From contig OZ237743.1 of assembly GCA_965178125.1 (NCBI GenBank), positions 682,001-746,000 of the forward strand: a stretch of DNA of 64,000 nucleotides, written 5' to 3'. This DNA comes from Bilabrum cf. latius. Taxonomy: Eukaryota. Shown piece after piece: positions 46,201 through 58,584 of this stretch (within the stretch, counting starts at the first letter, position 1; each line of letters begins with the position of its first letter). A model generated the notes under the pieces. It was not told the origin of the DNA. It made no database searches and saw nothing but the letters and a program-made list of their open reading frames with translations. Both the position numbers and the translations under genes were made by a program.

Positions 46201-49200
46201 CGGCGGGAGGCTAGGACATCACCGTGACTGGGACCAACCTCAACACGGATGCCTCCAAGATCCGGATGTAGTACGGCCCAACGGAAAGCTCTGGCCGGCT
46301 CAAGTACCAGATTCCTTTCTGCGAGGGTGGTGTGACGACTGGATGCTGCGAGTTTGTCTCTGTCACGGAGGCCACCTGCGAGTCCGTGTCGGGCGTAGGC
46401 GACAGCCTGCCAGTCTTCTTCGAGTTCTTCATCGGAGGCAGGTGGACGACAGCAGCTGCCTCCGCCGAGCTCACGGTCAGCTACCAGGGGCCGCGCATCA
46501 CCTCTGTGGTTGCAACCGGAGGCGATCTGCCAACTGCAGGCGGGGCCACAGTCACCATTACCGGTAGCGGGTTCGGCACGGATCGCTCTCAAGTCTCCAT
46601 CAGGTACGGCTCCTTCTCCGACGAGTGGATGGAAGCGAGCTCCATTGAGACTGTGACCGATGCCCAGATCGTGTTTAAAACGGGAGAGGGGGCCGGGTCA
46701 GTGTCGTATTGGACAGTTTCGGTCGGCGGACAGGAGGTGCGAAGGTACACGTTCATCCGCCACGCCAAGGCCACCATCACGAGCATCACCACTCGGACGT
46801 GGCAGACGTACGACAAGGACACAATCCCCACCACTGGCTTTAGCAGGTACGTTTACATCGAGGGCACCAACTTTGGGCCACGGTACGCTCCCGACTACCA
46901 CTACCCAGACGTGTACTACGGCTACGATGACCCCGCTCTCTCATCCTTCTCGGACTATCGGCAGTTCACGATGCGGGTGTGCTACCATTAGTTCAGCACT
47001 CCGCATACTGCCATGACGTGCTACCTCGGCGAGAGCGTGGGGAGCAACCTGAAGCTCAAGGTTGACATCAACGGCATCATTTCAGATCCGTCCGAGCAGA
47101 CCATCGGGCACGCCCCTCCAGAGTTCCTCACGGTTGACGGACCGGGGAGGCGCAACGCAAACACCGAGGGTGGGCAGCCAGTCATCTTCACCGGACGCAA
47201 CTTTGGACCCGTCGGTGGGGAATACATCGACGAGGTCCTGTACTCCAAGGACCTATCAGGGTCGATGGGCTACCCGATCTACACCGCCACGGAGTGCCAG
47301 GTGCTCGAGCAAGAGTCCTTCTTCTCCGCCGAGCGTATCAGGTGCGAAACTGCAGAGGGCGTTGGGACAGACCTTGACTGGCAGTTTACCATTGCGTAGT
47401 CTACGTACACCAGCATAAATTCCTCTATCTTGGAAGACGCTTCGTCGTACGGGCCCCCGATCATCAGCGAGTTTGACGGCGAAGGCGCGTTCGATGCAGA
47501 CACTGAAGGCGGAGAGCGTGTCATCATCAAGGGCAGGAACTTCGGCCCAGGCACAATCGGACAGCTCCTGCCTGCGTTCATCAATGTATCGTACAGTCTC
47601 AAGCTGAAACCTTCCACCGGTGGGAATGGAACAAGAGCAGAGGTGGGTTTTCCCCTGCCGTCCGAAGATCCGGAGTCAATCCTTGGCTTCCGAACGGTTG
47701 ACTACATGCCGTACAACTGTACGTTTGACCAGCCCCACACAGAGATTGCGTGCTACACCGCAACTGGAGGCGGAAGCAACCTGCAGTGGGAGGTGCTTGT
47801 GGACGGGCAGACGAGCCGCAACCCTTTCACCGCTTACGACCTCCCCCAGGTGGACAACATCACGGACCCGGACACCGGGCTGCCTCTTGTCGACGCAGAG
47901 CCCTCGGGTGGCTCCATTGCCCGGCTCATCGGCAGCAACTTTGGCCCTCCATCAGGCAGCGCCAAGATCCCGTTCGTGAACCCTGGGCCGCTGGTGCAAT
48001 CGGTCTCGTACGGACCCATCACGAACCCAACCCTGTACAGGGTGCCTCCGGAGAAATGGAACGTGATCTCTCACGACCTGATGGATGTGGAGCTGTTGCC
48101 GGGTATTGGAAGCCAGCTTCACTTTGTGATTGAGGTTGCTGACCAGCTAGGCGACCCCAGCGCTGCTTCTTTCTCTTACTCGCTGCCGGAGGTCTTGTCC
48201 ATCTCTCCCTCCAACGGGACGACGCTGTCGGATCCGCGGGCTCCGCAGCGTGCTACGCTGTGTGGAAACAACTTCCCAGTCTCTGGATCGACGATCGATG
48301 CTGTCGTGTTCTTTGGGAACGAAGATGACGGCACTCTCGGGCCCGTCATCCCAGCCATCAAGCTGCCAGTCAATCCAGCACTTGGCACTCGTCAGTGCGT
48401 CCAGTTCAACATACCCAGTGGCAGTGGCTCCCAGCGCAAGGTGGAGCTTGGCGTGCGGCAGCAGGGCGAGGGCGACTACTCCATCAGCACTGGTCAGGTG
48501 ACCTTCTCGTACAACGACCCCAAGGTTGAGTTCGTGTCGTCCGAGCAAGCAGGCACCAGCGACCCTGAGCTACAGGCACTGGCGATCGCAACCTTTGGCA
48601 CGAGCTTCCGCGTCAGGCGCATCAATGTGGAAGGGTCTTCCTTCGGATCCACCGCGCTGCCAGACGCCGTAGAGAGGCAAGTCCTCATCAAGACCCCCGT
48701 CGAGAGCAACTTCACGAACGCCGACGGCAGAGCAGACACCGTGGTGCTGTCGTGGGAGCACTCCAAGGTAAGCTTCCTCACGCGCATTACCGACGGCGAG
48801 GTCAAGCTCCGCATCGTGACGAAGGAGCCAAGGTGGCCCCTTCAGCAAACCTACAGCAATGCGCCCGCCAACCTGATTTAGGAAACGGATGCATTCTCGT
48901 TCGCCGACGACATCCCCCAGCTGGACGCGATCCTGAACCAGCCTGCAGAGGGGTTCCCCACCCAGGGCGGGGTGCCTCTCGAAATGGAGCTCAGGGCGAA
49001 AACGTTCCGCAACAAGCAGAGCCTGACGTTCTTCGTCGCCTCGGTGTGGAGGACGTTCCGCCTGTCGTACACGTGCCCCCTGGTGCGACCGGGCACGGGC
49101 CCTGACGCGGAGAACCCAGACACGATTCGCAGCTCTGCCGATGTGCCAGCAGCCCTGGAACAGGCGTGCGCGGATCGTTTGGGAAAGACTGTCGCCGAGC

Positions 49201-52200
49201 TTCAGGATGAGGACATCTGCAGGGCAACTTGCATCGTGCCAGAGGGCCAGGGACTTACAGCAGGCGCATTTATGCGCGTGTTTGGAGATTTCAGGCAGCC
49301 CATCTACACGAGTCTGTTCTACGGTGCGCCCATGATCGAGCGAATCTCGGTCACGGACCTGTCCATCCCATCCGCGGTGACCACACAAACCTACGACTTG
49401 CAGGACTTGAACTCCGGCCCGGTGCAATTGCCAACCACGGACGGACGCGTCACCATTGAGGGCAAGAACTTCGGCCGATACCCTGTCCTGAACATTGTCG
49501 GTACCCCACTTGGTGAAAACATCATTGACTGGTACTCATTCGGAGCATACAACGCCCAGCGCTCCCACACGGAGCTAATCTTTGACTCGCCGAAGGGCCA
49601 GGGCTACATGTATCCGCTGCAGCTGCTGGTCGGTGACCAGAGCATCGAGGACGGCGGAAATCAGCGGCTAAACTCCAGCTTCAAGCCACCAGTGGTGACA
49701 GAGTTCGAGCAGTTCCCACCTACTCGCGGCGGCGTCTGGGTCAACATTACCGGGGCCAACTTTGGTCAGTTCGCCGACGCTGCCTCTCTCGGCGGCATGG
49801 GCAGCATGCCCGGCGAGCCCGAGTTCCAGATCAGCCTCGGAAAGCCTGACGCGGTAGGTTACACCCCTTGCGACCGAACCATCCGCACCAACCACACGCA
49901 CATGGCGTGCCTCGTGCCAGAGGGCTCCGGTAGCGAGCTCGAAGTGCAGGTTCTGGTGGCAGGACAGACGGGCACACACGTGAGCGGGGACACGTTTAGC
50001 TACGCGCAGCCGCGCGTGCTCCGTGCTGAACTATACCGCGACGACGAGCTGGTCCAGGCAGCGGTGGCGGGTGGCGGGACTGAGCCGTCCTCTGCTGTCA
50101 GCACCGACGGGTTGTGGCGGAGCTCTGCGACTGCGCCCATGGACTGGAGTACGGTGCTGCAGGGCGCGGCATCCATCAGGGAGCTGGACACTTCGCAGCT
50201 CGTGCTCAAGGCGCCGACTACTGGTGCGCTCGAGGTGGTGCTGCGTGGCAGCAATTTTGGGCCCGCCGCCGGCCGCACCGTGCACTGTGTATTCGTGTCG
50301 TATGCCTCGAGGTACGTTTTCGGCCCGCTGCCCGTCTGCGACGGTCTCGAGTCGGTGTCAGGCGAGGGTGAGATTTACAACGATGCGACCTACGTTGGCA
50401 ACCGCATCAGGCAGCTCGCGCTCTCCCTTGGTCTCGAAGATCCAGCGAGCGTGCTTGCTGCCATCAACCGGGAGCGGAATGTCACTGGACTTGCCATGCT
50501 GACCCTGGGAGACCTGAGCTACACGGTGCCTGCTGACGCCCCCGTGTCTCGTCGACTCAACCCCGTGGGCCTGGATCTCACGAAGGGCGTAGAGGAAGAC
50601 AGAGAGGACATCGAGCTGCTGGGCAAGGACGACGACATGGACGTGGTAGATCAGTTCCTCGACAGGGAGGACGTCTTTGGAGATGGCGATGAGGACCTTG
50701 GTGGCGACGACGACGGCTCTGGGGATGTGCAGACGGCACCCTATGACGGAACGCATGCACCCAAGACCTCTTCAGACGACCCAACGTTCCCGGCATCGCA
50801 CCTGTACAAGTGGGACCACGAAGAGATCCGTTTCCGTCTGCCTTCAGGATCCGGCCACTGGATCGTGAACCTCGACGTGCGCGGCAACCGGCTGCCATCC
50901 ACCGACGACGTCAGCATCCAGTACGAGGCACCTGACTTGCAGCATCTCGTCAAGCTCGAATAGGAAATCAACACCGACGGCGAGTCCCCTGTCCTCATTC
51001 GGGGCCAAAACTTCGGGCCCACGGAGCTGCCCTCGCTGGAGGCCGTGCTTGAGAACCACATCCGCATCTTGGGCTCTCTCCCCGTGCCCGATGTGCAGCG
51101 CCCCGCGTTCGCGCACATGCGCCTCATGTGGAACGGCAAGTGCATCTCGGAGGCCTTCGAGGCAAACCCCGAGGCTGCCGTTCTGGACAACCCCGTGCAG
51201 GACGCGCGCATCTTGGGGATCCCCATGGCTGTGCGGCCGCCTGGGTTCGAGGACTGCGAGTCTCTGATGACCCGACACGGGCACCGCGCCGTAGCCCTTA
51301 GCTCCCCGCCTGGAGTCGGCACCAACAAGACGCTGTCCATGGAGATTCTAGGCCGTGGCACCACTTACGTGGCACGTGGCGCTGTAAGGCGCTTCAACCA
51401 CTCGAGGCCAGAGGCCCAGTTCACCGAGCCCAGCATCATCTATGTCGGACCCGAGGAAGAGGAAGGCGCAATTATGCGAATCATGGGCAAGAACTTTGGC
51501 CTGAAGCAGTTCGAAGACGAGTGGACGGACGAAGAGAAGGTTCTCTCCATCGAGGTTGGCGGGTTCGAGTGCTCTGATGCTAACCGCATCACGGGGGCGC
51601 CGAACAGGGTGCAGGACGGAGCAGACGTGCTCCAGTGCAGGGTGGCGAGGCAGTCCGTGGGCAGCAAGAACATGAGCATTCAGATTGTTGGATAGACCGG
51701 GCTGACAGACCTGAACGACACGATCGCCCCGCTGATCGCGTGCCGCGCCAACTCGTTCGGATACCCCGGCGAGTTCTGCCTGCCGTGCCCCGAGGGTGCC
51801 TTCTGCAACGGGTTCAGAGACTATGTTCACACGTACCCTAGGCCTAACTCCAACTACTTCAATCTCAACAGCACGATGCTCGACGTGTGCCCAAGCGCCG
51901 CCAAGATCGGCTTTCGGGACGTGTGCATCGTCGGCTGCGACCCGCCTGAGGCTTGCGCTGGAGATAACTACTGTGCGCGTGGCTACGCATCCAAGGCTCC
52001 GATGTTCAGGTGCGGCTCTTGCGCTGATGGGTTCTACCGGAGAGCTGGAGAGTGCGCAAAGTGTCCTGACAGCCCCGCGGTGCTTATCGTTGGATTCGTC
52101 GTGGCAGCCATCTGTGCGGCCCTGTTTGGACTCGAGCTGAACCGAAGGAACGTGAACATCGCATTCATCTCCATCGGCGTGGATTACTTCCAGGTGCTAG

Positions 52201-54083
52201 CCATGTTTGCCAACTCTCGCGTCAGCTGGCCGGCGTTCGTCAAGGATATTTTCCATATCATGTCCGCCTTCAACCTCAACCTCGAAATCACGGCCCCGGA
52301 GTGCACCGTGCCCGATCTGGGATACCAGACCAAGTGGATGGTCATCCAGTCGCTGCCCATCGCAGCCGCACTCATCGCCGCCGCTGCCTTCCTCGTGCAG
52401 CTGGTCTACAAGGCATGCATCGCAGGGTAGAAGGGCAGGCAGAACCTCTACGCCCATGGCAACAAGCTTGTAGCTGGATGGGTAATCATGATGTACGTGC
52501 TCTACCTGTACATCACCAGAACGGTTCTGGACGTGTTCAACTGCGGACCAGTCGTCCCAGACGATGGCAAAAAGTACCTGCAGGTCGTGTTTGAGGAGTG
52601 CGGGGTCAAGGGCGGCACCCAGATGAAGCTTCTCGGATTGGCATGGGTAGCTATGTTCGTCTATGTCATCGGCTACCCGCTTGCCATCGGGTATGTCCTG
52701 TGGAACAACTGGTTTGAGATCATGTACGACCAGATCCTGCGGGCCAAAGGCTGGGGTTACGACGCGAACTCGTCCACGAAGCGAGTGCTTTAGACGAGAG
52801 AGCGTTTCAACAAGCTATACTACGCCTTCAGGCCGGATACATTCTACTGGATGCTGGTGATCGTAGGGCGCAAGTTCTGCATTGCCTTCTGCTCGCTCAT
52901 GTTCTCCCGCAACCCCGCCTTCCAGCTGGCAATGAGCCTTCTCGTCATGTTCGCGGCGTTTACGCTCCAAGTCAAGGTGGAGCCGTACATGTCCCCTGCT
53001 GAGATGCCGCTGACCCTCGCGCACCATGAGCGCGAGGCCGCGCGCGGCGCTGGCAAGACCGTGCACTGGCGCATCATGAACTCCATCAAGGAGCAAGTCA
53101 TCCCCAAGCGGCCTCACAAGTACGATCGAGGGATCTCGTGGCAGGACGCGGGCTTGCTCAACCAGCACGCGACTCTTTTCCTAGTCAACTACAACACGAT
53201 CGAGGCGGTACTGCTTGCGTGCGCCGTGCTGGTCAACCTGGCCGGCATCATGTTCGAGTCTGACCGTTTCACCGGCAAGCAGTTCCAGCGGTAGAGCGAC
53301 ACCATTGCGGGGCTGACCATGTTTATCATCATTAGTTCCATCGTGTACTTCTTCACTGTGTTTGTGCTGGAAGTGTACAGTCTCTGGCTCAAGTACGACG
53401 AGGACCAGGCGGTCAAGCAGAACGCCTCCAAGAAGAAGTCCATGCGAAAGATCTCTGACGGCAAGAAGAGGAAGAATATCGGGCGAAAGACCAACGCGTG
53501 TCTCGTGTTCTGCGGCATCCAGGCCCAGAAGAACGAGGACCCTGATGACGAGAATGACATTGAGCTCGGGGCCATGACGGGCACTGACATCGACTCATAC
53601 ACGCAATCCGTGGATCAGTCGGACAACCCCCTGATGCTGCTGCAGCAAGAAAAGAGGGGAGAAAAGGACCTCCTCGGCGTGGGCGAGGAGGAGCTCAGCA
53701 CGATCTTCAGGCCAAGCAGCATGCCCAACTCCCAGCAGTGGAGCCTGGCGTGCACCCGGTACAGGCAGGTGCTCGAGTACGCCAAACGGGTCAACAGCCA
53801 GCTGGAAGGGGCCAAGAGGGACGTCGCCCGGGCAGAGCGAAGCGCCAACAATGACGGCATCGCAGTTGGCAGGATGCTATAGAAGAGGACGTTTGCCGTT
53901 AAAACTTCCGTGACTCCGGGAAGTTATGCAGAGGCCGAGGCGCGGGCCGCCGCCATGGGCAGCTCAGGCGCAGCTGGAGGATAGACAGAAAAGAAACGAT
54001 TCGCGGGGCTGGGGAGTTTCGCTAAGCAGTCGAGCAGGCGAGGCCTTGGCTCTGCAGGAAGCAGGCGGGGTGGCCGCTTCTGA
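43278..54083 (+). CDS. Host giant membrane protein, 3601 aa: signal peptide, LamG-like, Sushi, cadherin, many IPT/TIG repeats, Cys-rich region, multi-pass TM domain
   Basis: Ten track ORFs in one frame; 12 in-frame TAG, no TAA/TGA until TGA54083. Motifs LDHE/LDYE, DLNDAP and repeated GxNFG. Confidence 0.88.
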
Positions 54084-54397
54084 GTCGTCGCACCACCGTA
54101 GCACTGCATCTGCCAGTCGTTGCAACATTGCTGCAGCACTGGCGCAGGCTACAGTGATACGGTGGTGAGTAACCTATAAAATTTGCATGTCCTTTGTTTG
54201 CTATTCCAAAATGATTTCATGATCGAAACGATGCTCCTGTCGCAACTTGGTGCAGCCAGCAATAGGCCTAGGCCCCTAGGTCCAGCCCCGCCCATTCGGA
54301 ATCTGAATCCCTGATCAGGCAGCTGGTGACAGGCACACCATTATCCACTGATCCAGATTAGTGTAGAGGGATGTATCGCCGAGATAAGCACAACAGC

Positions 54398-57300
54398 TCA
54401 CATGCGCTCTATGGGGTCTAGCCCGATCAGCCTGAATCCCTCACGCAGAACCATGCGGGCCGCCGCAACAAGCGCGATACGGGACCGGGCCACTGGCGGC
54501 GCGCTCCCCTTGACCCTGCAGTCCCTGTTAAAATCTGAAATGGCCCCGGTGAGCTCGTAGACGAAGCGGCACAGGTGGTGCGGCATCAGCGTGTCGGCAG
54601 CCACGGCGACAACCTCGGGCCACCGCACGATGTACTTGCCCAGCTTGCGCTCGCTTACGTGCTCCAGGTGCATCCTCGGGTTCCTGATCGCGTCATCCAC
54701 AAACTCATCGCCGAGTTCCTGGCGCAGTTTGCGCAGGATCGAGTTAAGGCGTACCTGCTGGTACTGCAGGTAGACAGCAGTGTCTCCGTTCTACGACAGC
54801 ATGCTGCCGTACGAGAACTGATAGTCGGTCTTCCTGTTGTTCTTTAGGTCAAAGTACTTGACACCGGAGTACCCCAGCTTCTCGGCAGCCTCCCTGCGGC
54901 TGCCATCGTCCTCGATCTGCGAGTAGTGCACGGCCTCGCCCTCGGCAGCAGGGGCAGGGGCAGCCTTCGCCTCTGCCGCCTCGAGTGCAGATCGCTCCGC
55001 CTCGGTCAGGTCGCTGATCAGCTCGCCCTCGTCCGTGCGCTTCCCGCGCACCTCCAAATCGGCACCTGTTCCAGGCGCGGCTCTCATGGCGAGTTCCCTG
55101 TAGGTCCTGTCCCTTGCCTCGTCTAGGAGGTCCACCAGGCGGACGGTGGAGCCGCTCCTCGTCTTGAAGCGCTTCCCGTCGCTGCCCAGCACCACGCCGA
55201 AATCGACGTGGTCGATTCGCACGCTCTTGGGGCCATCCCTTGGGGCCCAGCCCATCTTGCGCGCGCCTTCGAAGCACAGCTGCAGGTGCAGCGCCTGACC
55301 GGCATCGATGACGTACACGAGCCAGTCACACTCGAGCTCCTGCGTGCGATGCTTGAGTGCAGCTAGGTCGGTGCTGTCATACCCGTAGCCTCCGTCCCTC
55401 TTGCGCACGATCAAAGGCACATTAAAGCCCTCGATGTGGGCGAGCTTGGACTTGTCGTCGGTGGTCAGCATGCCCGCCGCCTCCATCTCGTCCACCACGC
55501 CAGGCAGCATGGGGTTGTAGAAGCTCTCCCCGCGGAGCTCCAGGTCGGGGTGCACGCCTAGCCTGCGGTACACCGCATCGAACATGCGCGAGGAGGCCTC
55601 GACGATCCTCTTCCAAAGCGATACGTTGGTGGCATCGCCACCCTGCAGGGCCACGACCTCGTCGTGGGCGCGATCCACGAACCACCCGCCCGTCTCGCCG
55701 CCCTCTGGCGTGCCAGCGGCAGGCGGAGCCGTGCCTGGGCCAGCCGCGGTCTTGGCCTTTCCACTCACATCGAAGCGAGCCTTGGCGGCCTTGTACAGCT
55801 TGGTGAGATCGGCAATGTCCGGCAGCTTGGTCTTGTAGTCCGGGTGCTCGTCCTTGAGGTGAGCGATCAGCATGCCGAATTGGGTGCCCCAGTCGCCCAC
55901 GTGGTTGATGCGATGCACCTCGTGCCCGCAGTACTCTAACATACGTGCGATCGAGTCTCCCAGGATGGTGGAGCGAAGATGACCCACGTGCATCTCCTTG
56001 GCGACGTTAGGACTGCTGTAGTCCACGGCAACCTTCCTCTTCCGCTCCACCTTGGGCGGGAGCGGGGCCCCAGCTGCAAGCACTGCGCTGATTCGCTCGG
56101 CCACGTGCTCTTTTGACAGATAGATGTTGATGAATCCGGGACCGCTTACCTCGACCTTGGCAATGGCGTTGCACTCAGGCATGGCGTCCACGACGCGCTG
56201 GGCAAGCCCTGGGGGACCGCGAAGGGCCGGAGCGATACTTTTCGCCACCTCCTGCTGTTCGGGAGTGTACGACGGCGCGGCAGGCTCGACAGCCGGACTG
56301 GATCCGGCACCTGATGCCGCTCCGCCCTTGCCCGCCTTTCCCTTGCCGCCCTTGCCTCCGCTCTTGCCCCCACCCTTGGCTCCGCTCGCGCTCTTGATGA
56401 GCCCAAAGACCTACTGGCAGACGTCTGTCTGGTAGTCGTGCTTCATGCTGGCCTTGGGAGCAGGGCCAGCTACCGCGTTGACAGCGTCAACAGTCAGGCC
56501 CAAACCACCGCCAGAGACTGGCTTCAGCAGCTGAGGGAGGGCAGCATGCACGGCCGAGGTCATGATGCTGCCGAGTACCGCATCGATGGGGTCATCCACG
56601 GTCACTTCCACGCGGGGAGGCTTCACGATGGGGCCTAGGTCGGCTGCTGGCGGACCGCCCTTCCCTTTGCCCTTGCCCTTGTCCTTGCCGCCCTTCTTGC
56701 CCTTCTCTTTCTTCCCACTCGATGCCCCTCCGGCGGCAGCACCCCCAGCACCGGGTGCAGACCCGCCAGTCGCCACAGAGGATGCCTTCTTCCAAGCCGT
56801 CTGAAACCATTCTTCCCCAGAAACAGCAGCGGTTAGTGCCCTGACACGCGGAGCAAACTCGGCGGGAAGCACTCCCGCGGCCAGTGCAGGGTAGACTGTG
56901 GCTGCAATCGCTACGCCCGCAGCATTCACAGCAACGGCCGGACCTGCTGCACCAGCCCCCGAGGTTGCCGGCGACTGTCCCTGCAGTCCACTAGAAGCGT
57001 CCGCAAGGGCAGCATCTGCGTCCTGGAGGGTCATCCACAAGTCTGCAAACGCCCTGCGAGCGCCTGTCTCTGCCTCTGTCCTGGCCTTCTTGGCAGCGGG
57101 CTCGTCGGTACTGCCGCCCTTGCTGGCCTGGGCCTGGTACAGACCCAGGGGGAAGCGTCCCCGCGGGGCTCCAATGCTCACTCCTTCAATGGAAGACGGT
57201 GCAATCTGAACGGCGTTCACGTCGGCGGCGTTGAGCGGGAATTTGATCCCGCCAAACTTGCCGGGATTCTCGGCGGCTTCCAGCACGGCGGCAACAGCCG

Positions 57301-57719
57301 GTTCGAGCCTTGAAGCATCCGCCTCCAGCCATTGGCTCTGCTTGAGGCCAGCAATTGATGTGGCGGCAGGGGCGGCTTGCGCAAATGCTGCAAAATATCG
57401 CACTGCGGCATCTGAGCCAGACAGAGGGATGGCTTCGCCTGCCACGCAAAGCTACACGAGGTTTGATGTCTCTGCGACATTCAGAAAGACAGTGTCAGAG
57501 CGTTGGTCTTACTGAGATCAAAATATTAGTGTTGCAAGTATATCTTAAATGCTGCATGAAAGTTCGCTATATGAGCAACTCACGGCTAGGTGCGCCTGCT
57601 ACATCCACGGGCGAGCCAGCGAAACCTGCTACGGCGAGAACCTTCGCGGCCTGCCGGGCAGCACGACCACCTGGTGCCACATTAAGTACAGACGAAGTCC
57701 GCTTTGGTGCAGATGACAT
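54398..57719 (-). CDS. RARS: Host arginyl-tRNA synthetase with N-terminal GST-like extension; join(57719-57584, 57471-54398), 1069 aa
   Basis: VDYSSPNVAKEMHVGHLRST, GDWGTQFG, KRFKTRSG and terminal ERM; GTGAG..GCAG intron; 3 in-frame TAG. Confidence 0.92.
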
Positions 57720-58584
57720 GCTGCAATTCCTCGAGATGCTAACTTTCACGCCAGATATGCTACGGATGCCTGTATGAATGAGCCGACCCAGTCTTGTGTA
57801 AGAACTTGTTCGACTTGCAATCATACACGGTTTTAAATCAACCCCTTTCAATCCAAGGGCTGTGCAATCCTCTAGTTTTGTGAATGTGTGCCAAATCGGG
57901 AGTGTGGAGAACCCTATGGAAAATCGGAGTGATCGGAAGTAGTAACGTGGCATTTCATTGCCCCGGGAATGAGATCACAGCCAAATAAATATGGATCGAT
58001 TGAACGAAAGAATCTGGACACTGGTTTAGGCTGTTATTGAAAACGGATCTCGTGCTGATGAGGTAGCGTCTCGGACAATCAGAAGACGGGCTCTTGATCT
58101 GATTGCGCATTTCACGGCCCCAGTAGATATGCCCCTGTTCACTCCCCAGAATGTGCAGTATTCCGACTTGTTTGTTGGTCTTTGCATTTTAGATGAGGCA
58201 GAGGGGTGGCGTGCCAATGGTCCGGCATCTGATCGGGGGGCAATCTATGAATGTGGATCCCTGTGCAGGTCATTCCCGCGCTAGTTCGAGCGATTCTAGC
58301 TGTCTTCCCCAACTTGTAAACCATCTTTGGTGGAGCTAATGCTGAGACGCCTTGTCGTGCTCTTCGGCGAAGCTAAGTTGTGGGCCGATCTGTGTGTGCC
58401 TGCAATACTGCCTTTGGATTTAGCCAAGGGCGCATCTATCGAATCATAGACGCATTCTGAGTGTGTTGTCGCACCACTTGGTGCCGTAATTACTGGTACT
58501 GCTCTGTCAAATTTATTATGGGCTGATGGAAGCGTTGGTAAACTGCCAGATACTCTCCACACCCGCCGATGCGGTGCTGGTCCC

